Notes under the pieces: generated by a model | The model's input: the letters and a program-made list of their open reading frames with translations, nothing else | Told to the model about the DNA's origin: nothing | Database searches by the model: none | Shown: piece after piece, positions 39,249 to 49,051 of the stretch | Position numbering within the stretch: position 1 is the stretch's first letter | Layout of the letters: each line of letters starts with the position of its first letter | DNA from: Candidatus Yanofskybacteria bacterium RIFCSPHIGHO2_01_FULL_43_32 | GTDB lineage: Bacteria > Patescibacteriota > Minisyncoccia > 2-02-FULL-40-12 > GWA2-44-9 | Direction of reading: 5' to 3' | NCBI GenBank assembly: GCA_001794125.1 | Contig: MGJF01000001.1 | Location: forward strand, 1-54,022 | DNA: 54,022 bases | Position numbers and translations under genes: made by a program

Positions 39249-40856
39249 ATGGTAAAAGAGTGGTTAAGAAAAAAAATTTCAAGCAAATTTCCGGATATAG
39301 AATTCGATATTTTAACGCCCCCCTCCTTCGCTAAAGCTTCGGAGGGCAAGCCGGATTTGGGGGATTATTCCGTTAATCTTGCCTTTATTGTTGCCAAAAG
39401 GGATGGGATAAGTCCAATGGAAGCGGGTAAGAATTTAATAGGAGAATTTTCGGGCGACAAAGAATTCAGCAAAAAATTCAGCAAGATTCAGTTTGTTCCA
39501 CCGGGGTTTATTAATTTTTATTTAAGCGAAGAATTCTTAAGGTTATCTCTCGAAACAATTATAAAAGAAGGAGACAAATTTGGGGATTCTGAAGCGGGCA
39601 AGGGGACCAAGATAAACCTTGAATTTGTTTCAGCCAATCCGACGGGTCCGTTAACGGTCGGCAATGCCCGCTCTGCGTCTTTTGGCGATACGCTTGGAAA
39701 TATTTTTAAAAAAACCGGATACGAAGTGAGAAAAGAATATTACATTAATGATGTCGGGAATCAGGTGAACAAGCTTGCCGAATCGGTAAAATTAAGAATG
39801 CTTGAATTGAAAGGCGAGAAAGTGGAATTTGGCCCTGACTTGTATCAAGGCGAATACGTGAAAGAAATAGCCAAAGAATTTTTGGACAAAGTCGTTTCAG
39901 AAAAAGATATTCCCGGCCAAGTGATAAAAGCCATGACAGACGGGGCCAAGAGCTCTGCAAAAAAAATGGGCGTCGAGTTCGATGAATGGTTTCCTGAATC
40001 GCGGCTTCATGAAAGCGGAGAAGTTAAGGAAGTTCTTGCCGAACTGGAGTTAAGGGGATTTATTGTTGAGGAAGACGGAGCCAAGTGGTTAAAGATAAAT
40101 GACGACCAGAAAGCTGTTCTGGTCAAAAGTGATGGCTCAACTACATATTTATTGAACGATATCGCTTATACCAAAAATAAATTTGAGAGAGGATTTACGA
40201 GTGCCCTAAATATCTGGGGCGCGGACCATCACGGCGATATCATAAGACTGAAAACGGGTGTTGCCGCTTTGGGCTATGATCCGGACCGTCTGGAAATACT
40301 TCTTCACCAGTTTGTCTCCATTAAAGAAAAAGGCGAACTTCAAAAAATGTCCAAAAGAGCCGGGCGATTCGTACTTTTTGATGAACTGCTGGCCGAGGTC
40401 GGCAAAGACGCTGTCAGGTTTTTCTTTCTGACAAGGGACTTAAATACTCACATGGAGTTTGATATTGACCTGGCTAAAAAACAATCAAAAGAAAATCCGG
40501 TTTTCTATATTCAATACGCGTTTGCGCGCTTAAACAGTGTTTTTGCGAAAGCGGAGGGAACCCGGACCGGTAATGCGGATAGAATTAAAGAAGAGGAGGA
40601 ATTCCGGTTATTAAAGGACCTTATTAAGCTTCCGGAAATTATCGAAGATATTTCTCAAAATTATCAGGTTCATCATTTGGCCCGGTATGCTTTGAATCTT
40701 GCCGGTGATTTTCATAAATTTTATGAGAAGCATCATATCATTCAAGAGAATGACACGGAACTGCAGTCGGCGCGCCTTTTGCTTGCCCGGGGAGTGCACA
40801 TGGTTTTGAGGATTTGTTTAGACCTTATGGGTCTTTCGGCTCCGGAGAGAATGTAG
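39249..40856 (+). CDS. argS: Arginine--tRNA ligase
   Basis: EFVSANPTGPL, EYYINDVGNQ, GADHHG, KMSKRAG, YIQYAFAR. Confidence 0.97.
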   Translation: MVKEWLRKKISSKFPDIEFDILTPPSFAKASEGKPDLGDYSVNLAFIVAKRDGISPMEAGKNLIGEFSGDKEFSKKFSKIQFVPPGFINFYLSEEFLRLSLETIIKEGDKFGDSEAGKGTKINLEFVSANPTGPLTVGNARSASFGDTLGNIFKKTGYEVRKEYYINDVGNQVNKLAESVKLRMLELKGEKVEFGPDLYQGEYVKEIAKEFLDKVVSEKDIPGQVIKAMTDGAKSSAKKMGVEFDEWFPESRLHESGEVKEVLAELELRGFIVEEDGAKWLKINDDQKAVLVKSDGSTTYLLNDIAYTKNKFERGFTSALNIWGADHHGDIIRLKTGVAALGYDPDRLEILLHQFVSIKEKGELQKMSKRAGRFVLFDELLAEVGKDAVRFFFLTRDLNTHMEFDIDLAKKQSKENPVFYIQYAFARLNSVFAKAEGTRTGNADRIKEEEEFRLLKDLIKLPEIIEDISQNYQVHHLARYALNLAGDFHKFYEKHHIIQENDTELQSARLLLARGVHMVLRICLDLMGLSAPERM

Positions 40857-41276
40857 TATGAAAGAAAATAATCCCGCTCCAAGTATATCCATCAGGAGAT
40901 CGTTTATCGTGTCGTCCATGTCGCCCATAAAATAAGCCCTAACGCCGAAATTTTTATAGATCGGCTCGATTAACGTTTGGTTGGCCAAGTATTCGGCGAA
41001 TTCCCAAGTTACTCCTATAAACGAGACTGCGCCCAAAATGATCAGGGTGTTTTTTAATTTTGAATCAGCGGGGAGATGGTCTTTCAGGTACGCTGAAAAA
41101 AACATGGCCACGAAAAATCCTCCCGAAAAATGTAAAACCTGGTCAGACCAGGAATAGTCAAGATACCACCCGTAACAGAGGCTTATGATGTTAATAAAAA
41201 ATATCGCAATCAGGAATAAAAAAGCTTTTTTCATCTTCTGTTGATTAAATTTAACATCTAAGATAAAATTATTCAA
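40818..41276 (-). CDS. Membrane protein
   Basis: About 4 TM helices; D..LHFSGG, WEFAEY, DTINDLLMDILGA motifs. Confidence 0.75.
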   Translation of the reverse strand: MNNFILDVKFNQQKMKKAFLFLIAIFFINIISLCYGWYLDYSWSDQVLHFSGGFFVAMFFSAYLKDHLPADSKLKNTLIILGAVSFIGVTWEFAEYLANQTLIEPIYKNFGVRAYFMGDMDDTINDLLMDILGAGLFSFILHSLRSRKTHKV

Positions 41277-41300
41277 TCAGTTTTTCAATAAGGAAGATAA

Positions 41301-41762
41301 ATGACCGCACCGGCTCACTACGCCATCGGCGCTGCGAGCGCATTGCTCATTCAAAATTATCTTCCGGCCGAATCCGGTGACAAGACAAGAATAGCATGGG
41401 CTTTGGGGATTGCTGTTGCATCGCATGTCGCCGCAGACGCTATTCCCCACGCTGAGCATTTTCTTAAGGGGTGGCATCTTTTCTTGGAACTTATTGTTGA
41501 GACGACAGCGATGCTTGCCGTTCTTGTCGGCGCTTCACGTTCCCCGTTTGCGGCCGCGATAATTTTGTCGGGTATGGCGGGAGCGGCCATACCCGACGGG
41601 CTTGGCATGCTAAGCCACTGTGTTAATTGGCCGGCTCTTTCATGGGTAGACGATAAAACGCATTTGTTTCACGGCAAATTGAATTTATTCTATGCCACTT
41701 TCTTTGTGCAAGTAGTGATAACTATCCTGTGCAGTATTTACGTCCGCATCAAAACCGCTTGA
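41301..41762 (+). CDS. Membrane protein, possible metal-dependent hydrolase
   Basis: HYAIG, SHVAADAIPH, IPD, HLFH motifs with TM helices. Confidence 0.7.
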   Translation: MTAPAHYAIGAASALLIQNYLPAESGDKTRIAWALGIAVASHVAADAIPHAEHFLKGWHLFLELIVETTAMLAVLVGASRSPFAAAIILSGMAGAAIPDGLGMLSHCVNWPALSWVDDKTHLFHGKLNLFYATFFVQVVITILCSIYVRIKTA

Positions 41763-41787
41763 AAAGCGGTCCTTTTTTATCTATAAT
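41759..41787 (+). promoter_or_regulatory. Sigma70-type promoter of ileS (near-leaderless)
   Basis: TTGAAA-N17-TATAAT, 9 nt before the ATG. Confidence 0.75.
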
Positions 41788-41796
41788 CAAGTCAGA

Positions 41797-44700
41797 ATGA
41801 GCGACTTTAATTTTGCCGATAAAGAAAAAAGGATACTGGATTTTTGGAGAGATAATAAAATTTTCGAAAAATCTCTGGCCCTCCGACAATCTCAGGGCAA
41901 GTGTTTTGTTTTTTTTGAAGGTCCGCCGACGGCAAACGGACTGCCTCACATCGGGCATTTTCTGACCAGGATTTATAAAGATGTCTATGGCCGTTACAAG
42001 ACAATGCGCGGATTTTATGTCCAAAGAAAAGCCGGCTGGGACACCCACGGTCTGCCGGTGGAAATAGAAGTTGAAAAGGAGCTGGGTTTTAAAAACAAAA
42101 AAGACATCGAGATATACGGGATAGACAAATTCAACAAGAAAGCCAAAGAGAATGCCGGAAAATATATTAAGGAATGGGAAGAGATGACCAAAAAAATGGG
42201 ATTTTGGGTTGATTTGAAAAATCCCTACTTTACTTATAAAAATCAGTATATTGAATCGCTTTGGTCAATCATCAAAAAGATTTGGGACAGGAAATTATTA
42301 TATTTAGCGCATCGGGTCGTGCCTTTTTGTACAAGATGCGGGACAGGATTGTCTTCACATGAGGTAGCACAAGGATATAAAAGTGTAAAAGACAAATCGG
42401 TTTACATAATGTTCAAAATGAAGGGTGGCACCAACTCAAATTCTTATGTTCTTTCGTGGACGACCACGCCTTGGACACTTCCGGGTAATGTGGCTTTAGC
42501 TATTAATCAAAATTTATCTTACATTCGTGCGAGGATAAAGATTAATGGAGCAGAGCAGTGGGTAATAACCGCGGAAAGTACGTGGCCAAAAATTAGACAA
42601 TTTTTAGTTGAAAAAGGATTCCATCCTCATGAACAAGGGAGCCAAATACCAGTAAGGGAATTAATTGGCGAATCATATGAACCACTTTTTGATATTCCGA
42701 AATTAAAATCTCAATCGTCCTATAAAATTTATCCAGCGGATTTTGTAAACGCTGATGACGGAACAGGCGTAGTTCATACCGCGGTAATGTACGGTGAGGA
42801 CGATTACAATTTAGGAACCAGGATTGGCTTACCGAAATTTCATACCGTTGATGAGCGGGGCAGGTTTATTCATGTCGGACAGGGCCTGGACGGAATGTAT
42901 GTGAAGGATAAAGAAACAGATAATTTGATAATCGAAATTCTTGAAAAGAAAGGCAACCTTCTAAAGACGGAAGAATATGAACATGATTATCCTTTCTGCT
43001 GGAGATGCGATACGCCGCTTTTGTATTACGCCAAAGAATCCTGGTTCATAAAAATGTCGGCGGTGAATAAGGAGTTGCTGAAGAGTAATCAGAAAATAAA
43101 CTGGTTCCCCGGACACATTAAAGAAGGCCGATTCGGCCAATGGCTCAAAGAAGGGAAGGACTGGGCATTTTCTCGCGAGAGATATTGGGGAACGCCTCTG
43201 CCGATATGGAAATGCAGCGACTGCGGCGAGTTTGTGACAATCGGTTCGTTAGATGAATTGGAAAAAAACAGATACAAGCCAAAAAATGAATTCTATGTTC
43301 TGCGCCACGGACACAGCGAGAAAAACGGAAGACCCGGAGAGCCGGCGACGATAAGCTCCCGTTTGGAACACGACAAATACCATTTGACCGAAGATGGCAT
43401 AGAGCAGGTAAAAAACGTCGCAAAGAAATTAAAAAAACTTGGCGGAGTGGACACGATAATTTCTTCGCCGTTTTTGAGAACCAAAGAAACTGCCCGGATA
43501 ATTGCCGATGAATTGGGCTTGAAGGTTCACTTGGAACCGGAGATAAGAGAGTATGACCATGGTTCCGCGTGTGAAGGAAAAACCGAACATGTCTGCTTGG
43601 TTGCCCATGCTGACCAAAGATGGGAAACCAAAACTCCTGACGGTGAGAGTTGGATGGAACTGCGAAGGAGAATGTCCGGATTCTTGAGAGATCTTGACGC
43701 TAAACATGAAGGAAAGCGTATCCTGCTTGTCAGCCATGGCGACCCGATATTTCTTTTGGAGACATTTACTTTGGGGCTTGCCAAAGACGAAGCCCCGGCT
43801 TCAAGAGAAAAGATATATCCCAAAGAGGCCGAACTTAAGAAATTGAATCTGAAGAACTGGCCGCATGACGATGACGGAGAATTGGATTTACACAGACCTT
43901 ATATCGACCGGATAGTTTTAAAATGCAAAAAGTGCGGCGGAAAGATGGCAAAAATACCTGACCTGATTGATGTCTGGTTTGATTCCGGCGCCATGCCCTA
44001 TGCCCAACAGCATTGGCCGTTTGAAAACGGGAAGATGTTCAAGGAACAATTTCCTGCCGACTTTATCGTTGAAGCAATAGACCAGACCAGAGGATGGTTC
44101 TTCACGCTTCTTGCCATATCGACCTTGCTTGAAAAGGGCGCGCCGTATAAGAACGTAATGGTGCTTGGCCATGCGCTTGATGAAAAAGGCCAGAAGATGT
44201 CCAAATCCAAAGGCAACTATGCGCCGGTGATGGAATTTATGAATAAATACGGCGTTGATGTTTTGAGATGGTATTTTTTGTCGTCAATGACGATAGGCGA
44301 GAGCAAAAGCGTAATCCCGAGAGAAATAGAAGATAAGCAGAAAGGATTTTTCGGCACGCTCGGAAATTGTATAAAATTTTATGAATTATATGCTACTGAA
44401 CCAACGACCAACGACCAACGACCAACGACTTTATTAGACAAGTGGATATTGTCAAAATTAAATGAACTGATTGTAGAAGTATCGGATTGCTTGGATAAAT
44501 ACGATCCAACCTCGGCGGCTAAAGCGGTAGAGAAATTTGTTGCGGAGGATTTTTCCAATTGGTGGTTAAGGCGTTCCCGAAGAAGAAAAGAAGCCCTCGG
44601 CTTGTTAAGGTTTTTGCTTTTGGAGGTTGCCAAAATAATCGCCCCGTTCATTCCTTTTACTGCGGAAGATATTCATATGCGTATGCACGCCGGCCAAAAT

Positions 44701-45270
44701 GCCGGAACTCAAAGCATTCATCTTCACGACTGGCCGAAGGCAGATAAAAAATTGATAGATAAAAAACTGGAGAAACAAATGGAGGAAGTCCAGAATATTG
44801 TCACAATCGGCTTGGCTCAAAGAAAAGAAAAACAGATAAAAGTCCGTCAGCCGTTGAGGTCGGTATATTTGGGGCTTTCAAACGAATTTCCGAAAGATTT
44901 GGAAATTTTGATGAAAGGGGAGCTCAATGTTAAAGAAATTGTTTACGACAAGAGCCAAAAGGAATTGGTTGTCTTGAATACTGAAATTGATGAGGCCTTA
45001 ATTCACGAGGGCTACGCCCGAGAACTGATGCGTCAAATACAGGACATGAGAAAAGAAGCTAAATATAGAGTTGATGATGAAGTGTTTGGGCAATGGCATT
45101 CGGATAATCCTGACTTGTCAGCGGCAATAAACAAGTGGAGCGACGAAATAAAGAAAGATGTCCTGCTCAATAATTTTGAAAACTCCCAGCACGACGATAA
45201 GGCCTACGACGTAGAAAAAGAATTTGAGTTAGTGGCTGGCAAAAAAATCTGGATAGGGATTAAAAAATAA
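41797..45270 (+). CDS. ileS: Isoleucine--tRNA ligase (IleRS2 type) with inserted histidine-phosphatase domain
   Basis: EGPPTANGLPHIGH, GWDTHGLP, WTTTPWT, DQTRGWF, KMSKS; insert carries RHG...SSPFLRT...SHGD. Confidence 0.96.
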   Translation: MSDFNFADKEKRILDFWRDNKIFEKSLALRQSQGKCFVFFEGPPTANGLPHIGHFLTRIYKDVYGRYKTMRGFYVQRKAGWDTHGLPVEIEVEKELGFKNKKDIEIYGIDKFNKKAKENAGKYIKEWEEMTKKMGFWVDLKNPYFTYKNQYIESLWSIIKKIWDRKLLYLAHRVVPFCTRCGTGLSSHEVAQGYKSVKDKSVYIMFKMKGGTNSNSYVLSWTTTPWTLPGNVALAINQNLSYIRARIKINGAEQWVITAESTWPKIRQFLVEKGFHPHEQGSQIPVRELIGESYEPLFDIPKLKSQSSYKIYPADFVNADDGTGVVHTAVMYGEDDYNLGTRIGLPKFHTVDERGRFIHVGQGLDGMYVKDKETDNLIIEILEKKGNLLKTEEYEHDYPFCWRCDTPLLYYAKESWFIKMSAVNKELLKSNQKINWFPGHIKEGRFGQWLKEGKDWAFSRERYWGTPLPIWKCSDCGEFVTIGSLDELEKNRYKPKNEFYVLRHGHSEKNGRPGEPATISSRLEHDKYHLTEDGIEQVKNVAKKLKKLGGVDTIISSPFLRTKETARIIADELGLKVHLEPEIREYDHGSACEGKTEHVCLVAHADQRWETKTPDGESWMELRRRMSGFLRDLDAKHEGKRILLVSHGDPIFLLETFTLGLAKDEAPASREKIYPKEAELKKLNLKNWPHDDDGELDLHRPYIDRIVLKCKKCGGKMAKIPDLIDVWFDSGAMPYAQQHWPFENGKMFKEQFPADFIVEAIDQTRGWFFTLLAISTLLEKGAPYKNVMVLGHALDEKGQKMSKSKGNYAPVMEFMNKYGVDVLRWYFLSSMTIGESKSVIPREIEDKQKGFFGTLGNCIKFYELYATEPTTNDQRPTTLLDKWILSKLNELIVEVSDCLDKYDPTSAAKAVEKFVAEDFSNWWLRRSRRRKEALGLLRFLLLEVAKIIAPFIPFTAEDIHMRMHAGQNAGTQSIHLHDWPKADKKLIDKKLEKQMEEVQNIVTIGLAQRKEKQIKVRQPLRSVYLGLSNEFPKDLEILMKGELNVKEIVYDKSQKELVVLNTEIDEALIHEGYARELMRQIQDMRKEAKYRVDDEVFGQWHSDNPDLSAAINKWSDEIKKDVLLNNFENSQHDDKAYDVEKEFELVAGKKIWIGIKK

Positions 45271-45274
45271 CATT

Positions 45275-45934
45275 ATGAAACTACTACTTACATCCGGTGG
45301 TCTAACTAATAAATCAATTGCCAAAGCCCTGTTTGAGTTAGTTGATAAAAAACCGGAAGATACTTCTTTGGTTTTTATTCCGACTGCTTCTAATATAGAA
45401 CAAGGAGATAAGGATTGGCTAATTAACGACCTCATCAATCTCAAAAAGCAAAATTTTAAATCAATAAGTATTACCGATATTTCGGCTGTTCCAGGGAATA
45501 TTTGGCGACCCCAGATGGAAGAAGCCGATGTTTTGTTTTTTGAAGGAGGCAACAGCTATCATTTAATGGGGTGGATGAATAAATCCGGGCTTGCTAAAAT
45601 CTTACCCGAGTTGCTTAAAACAAAGATCTATGTCGGATTAAGTGCTGGAAGTATGGTAACTGGCAAAGATTTGGCATTAATACAGTCGCAGATTCTTTAT
45701 GGAGAAGACTGGGAACGAAAAGAAGATATGGCTGGGCTTAATTTTGTAGATTTTTATTTTTTCCCGCATCTCAATTCTCCCTATTTTAATCTCCGAAAAG
45801 AAGAAATTATAAAAGAGGCAGTAAAGGATATCCATGGAAAAGTTTACGCGATGGATGATAATTCTGCCTTGAAAATAGTGGACGGGAAAGTAGAAATAAT
45901 AAGCGAGGGTAAATATCTCATTTTTAACGAATAA
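45275..45934 (+). CDS. Peptidase S51 (peptidase E)-like type 1 glutamine amidotransferase fold protein
   Basis: LLLTSGG, FIPTAS, EGGN, GLSAGS, PHLN. Confidence 0.88.
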   Translation: MKLLLTSGGLTNKSIAKALFELVDKKPEDTSLVFIPTASNIEQGDKDWLINDLINLKKQNFKSISITDISAVPGNIWRPQMEEADVLFFEGGNSYHLMGWMNKSGLAKILPELLKTKIYVGLSAGSMVTGKDLALIQSQILYGEDWERKEDMAGLNFVDFYFFPHLNSPYFNLRKEEIIKEAVKDIHGKVYAMDDNSALKIVDGKVEIISEGKYLIFNE

Positions 45935-45942
45935 ATTTAATC

Positions 45943-46521
45943 ATGAAACGAGTATTTATTATTCATGGCTGGGAAGGATATCCTGAAGAAAACTGGTTTC
46001 CTTGGCTTAAGCACGAATTAGAAACGAGAGGATTTGAGGTTCATGTGCCACAAATGCCAGAAGCTGATAGTCCAAGAATAGAAAATTGGGTGCCGAAGAT
46101 AAATGAAGTAGTCGGTGTCCCAGATGAAGAAACTTATTTTGTTGGGCATAGTATGGGTTGTCAGGCAGTTGTTCGTTATTTAGAAACCTTGCCCGAAGAA
46201 GTAAAGATTGGTGGAGCGGTTTTTGTGGCGGGATTCTTCAAGAGGCTTACCGGACTTGGAGAAGAGCCTAATTTTGAAGAGATAGAAAAACATTGGCTTG
46301 GTGTGCCACCCGATCTTAAAAAAGTAAAAAATCATTTGAACAAAAGTGTTGCTATTTTTTCTGATGACGATCCATATGTACCATCGGATAATCAAGATGA
46401 TTTTAGAGACAAGCTTGGGTCAAAAATAATTATCCAACATAAAATGAATCATTTCAGCAGTAACTGGGGCGTTACCGAACTACCAGTTGTTTTGGAAGAA
46501 TTATTAAAAATGATGAAGTAA
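45943..46521 (+). CDS. RBBP9/YdeN-family alpha/beta hydrolase
   Basis: IIHGW, NWFPWL, GHSMG, SDDDPYV, HF. Confidence 0.92.
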   Translation: MKRVFIIHGWEGYPEENWFPWLKHELETRGFEVHVPQMPEADSPRIENWVPKINEVVGVPDEETYFVGHSMGCQAVVRYLETLPEEVKIGGAVFVAGFFKRLTGLGEEPNFEEIEKHWLGVPPDLKKVKNHLNKSVAIFSDDDPYVPSDNQDDFRDKLGSKIIIQHKMNHFSSNWGVTELPVVLEELLKMMK

Positions 46522-46546
46522 TAAGTTTGATTTTTTATTGCCAAAT

Positions 46547-46654
46547 ATCACCCGCCACCCAAACAACCGGCGGAGGGCGTGTGCCTTTTTAAAATTTAGT
46601 AAATATTTTAAAAAGGTACACCCCGCAGTCATGCATAGAGGTTGTGTGAACTAT
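46547..46654 (+). repeat. Structured repeat, family C copy 2
   Basis: Inverted homologue of 36354-36462; ends 7 nt before the recO ATG. Confidence 0.75.
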
Positions 46655-46661
46655 AAAATTT

Positions 46662-47222
46662 ATGAGAACTAGAGCAATAATTATAAAAAAGCAGAATACC
46701 AACGAATATGACCAGTTTGTGACTTGTTATACGCAGGAATTCGGGAAACTTACGGCTATCGCGAAAAGTGTTTTAAAATCCACCTCTATTCAGGCTATGC
46801 ATCTGGACGTTTTGAATCTTGTGGAGTTTGAACTAATCAACGGAAAGGCGATGCCGATTATTGCCGGAGCCCAGTCGGAGAATTCTTATCGCGATTTGAA
46901 GAATTCAATTCCGTCTTTGGCGGTAGCGCATTTTTTTTCAGAAATAATTGACAAGATGGTTCCCGAACTTGAGAAAGACGAAAAACTTTGGGAATTTATG
47001 ACTGACCTTTTGGATAAATTAAATCGATTTGAGCCGAGTTTAACTTTTTTAAGGCAAAAACAGTTTACTTTGCTGGGATTGCTCGGATATTCTCCGGAAG
47101 TCGCCGTTTCGGCGTCCTTTGAGCCGAATCGGCCCGGATTTACGATGCTGGATGACGCTTTTGAATACAATGCCGGATTTCGGCTTAAGTCATTAAATTT
47201 TCTCCATTCTGTGTTAAGATAA
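46662..47222 (+). CDS. recO: DNA repair protein RecO (short)
   Basis: AIIIKK..TNEYD, YTQEFGKLTAIAK, LLGLLGYSPE. Confidence 0.85.
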   Translation: MRTRAIIIKKQNTNEYDQFVTCYTQEFGKLTAIAKSVLKSTSIQAMHLDVLNLVEFELINGKAMPIIAGAQSENSYRDLKNSIPSLAVAHFFSEIIDKMVPELEKDEKLWEFMTDLLDKLNRFEPSLTFLRQKQFTLLGLLGYSPEVAVSASFEPNRPGFTMLDDAFEYNAGFRLKSLNFLHSVLR

Positions 47223-47257
47223 TAGAGTAATCGGGAGCCTGCCCCTCCTTCACCTTT

Positions 47258-48991
47258 ATGCAATTTCTATACAACTACAATCAACTTCTGAAATGGCTGG
47301 TTTTTCTGGCTCTTTTGCTGGCTATCGTCAGCTTTCTTTCGTTCTGGTTTGGAAGTCCGTCTTTTTCCGAGTCAGGAGTAAAATTAATCATAGAAGGGCC
47401 GACCCAGGTATTGGTTGGCGATGAGGTTATTTATAAACTCAAATATTCAAATGATACCAAATTAGATTTAAATAATATGAGCTTCAAGTTCACTTATCCC
47501 GATGATTCGGTTGTTTTGAAAGACGGGACAGCGGTTACGAACCTTTCGGAAATATTCACGGTGGACCGGTTGTCTCCCGGACAGTCGGCGGAAAAAGAGT
47601 TCACGGCTTTTCTTGTCGGCGACAGAGGAAACATCAAGACAGCCAAAGCGGAGCTTTCTTATTGGGCCGGAGATTTAAGGACAGCTTTTCAGAAAACAAC
47701 TTCAATTTCTTCGACGATAATCGGTCTGCCGGTATCGCTTACCTTATCCGCGCCGCCGAATTCCGTTCCCGGTCAGGCGATCAACTATGTTTTGGATTAC
47801 AGAAACGAATCCAGCGACGATATCTATGATTTAAGATTTGAATTTGATTATCCCGACGGATTTAACGTCCAAAAATCCGCTCCCTCGCCGAACGCGGGGA
47901 ATTATATCTGGATCATTCCCGTTCTAAAAAAGAACAACGGCGGAAGGATAAGCATTACCGGAACTTTGAGCGGAAAAGAAGGGGAAACAAAGAATGTTTT
48001 AGTGGCGCTGAAAAGAAAAATAGGCGGCCAGTATGTTAATTACGAAAAAGCCGAAACTTCTTCGGTTATCGCCAATCCCTTGCTCGGCGCGGATGTGCTG
48101 GTTAACGACTCTTCCGATTATTCCGCTTTTGCCGGCGATGATTTAAATTATGCGGTCAAATATTCCAACAATTCCAACTACAATCTTGTCGGAGTAAATC
48201 TGACGATAAAACTGGAAGGCGAGATGTATGATATCTCAAGCTTGGACACGAAAGGCGGCTATTATGACAGCTCAAACGGCACAATTCTTTGGAATGCGAG
48301 CACTGTGCCGGATTTTGCCAACTTGGCTCCCAACAAAAAGGGACTGGTATCTTTCAGGATTAAACTCAAAAGCAGTATTCCTTCCGGTTCAACCGGTTCC
48401 AAGAATCTTTTTGTCAGAGCTTCAGCGAGATTAAACACCCCCAATGTTCCGTCCGATGTCGGCGGAGACGAGATTTTCGCGGAATCAAGTTTGGTAACCA
48501 AAATATCCACCCAGCCGACATTAAAACAAATTGCTTACTATAGCGATCCGGCCTTTGGTTCAGCCGGACCCTTACCTCCCGAAGTCGGAAAAGACACGAC
48601 CCTTACTATTCATTGGCAGATTTCCAATCCCGGAAATGATATGAGCGGGGTTAAAATAACCGGCACATTGCCGGCAGGGGTGATCTGGAAGAGTGTCGTC
48701 AGCGTCGGTGCGGGCCAGCCGGAACCGGCTTTCAACGCAAACACTTCCGAAGTGACATGGAATTTAGGCGTTCTGCCGCAGGGAATCGGCGTGACCGGAG
48801 CCAAGTATGAGGCAAGTTTTCAGGTGAGCGTAAAACCGTCAATCAATCAAAAAGGGAATCCGATACTCCTGATAAAGGATTCTAAACTTTCAGGGACAGA
48901 CACCTTCACAAAGCAAAACATAATCGTTCCTGATAGGGATATTACAACTAACGATCTTGTAGACCGTCCAGGAGAAGGAACGGTAAAATAA
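47258..48991 (+). CDS. Membrane-anchored beta-rich surface protein with Ig-like repeats
   Basis: N-terminal TM; repeated G..I.Y...Y.N modules. Confidence 0.8.
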   Translation: MQFLYNYNQLLKWLVFLALLLAIVSFLSFWFGSPSFSESGVKLIIEGPTQVLVGDEVIYKLKYSNDTKLDLNNMSFKFTYPDDSVVLKDGTAVTNLSEIFTVDRLSPGQSAEKEFTAFLVGDRGNIKTAKAELSYWAGDLRTAFQKTTSISSTIIGLPVSLTLSAPPNSVPGQAINYVLDYRNESSDDIYDLRFEFDYPDGFNVQKSAPSPNAGNYIWIIPVLKKNNGGRISITGTLSGKEGETKNVLVALKRKIGGQYVNYEKAETSSVIANPLLGADVLVNDSSDYSAFAGDDLNYAVKYSNNSNYNLVGVNLTIKLEGEMYDISSLDTKGGYYDSSNGTILWNASTVPDFANLAPNKKGLVSFRIKLKSSIPSGSTGSKNLFVRASARLNTPNVPSDVGGDEIFAESSLVTKISTQPTLKQIAYYSDPAFGSAGPLPPEVGKDTTLTIHWQISNPGNDMSGVKITGTLPAGVIWKSVVSVGAGQPEPAFNANTSEVTWNLGVLPQGIGVTGAKYEASFQVSVKPSINQKGNPILLIKDSKLSGTDTFTKQNIIVPDRDITTNDLVDRPGEGTVK

Positions 48992-48999
48992 GTTAAATA

Positions 49000-49038
49000 A
49001 ACAACAAAACACGGGATTCTGTCCTGTGTTTTGTTGTT
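49000..49038. terminator. Bidirectional terminator
   Basis: aacaacaaaacacggga-ttctg-tcctgtgttttgttgtt between convergent genes. Confidence 0.75.
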
Positions 49039-49051
49039 AACTATATTATTT

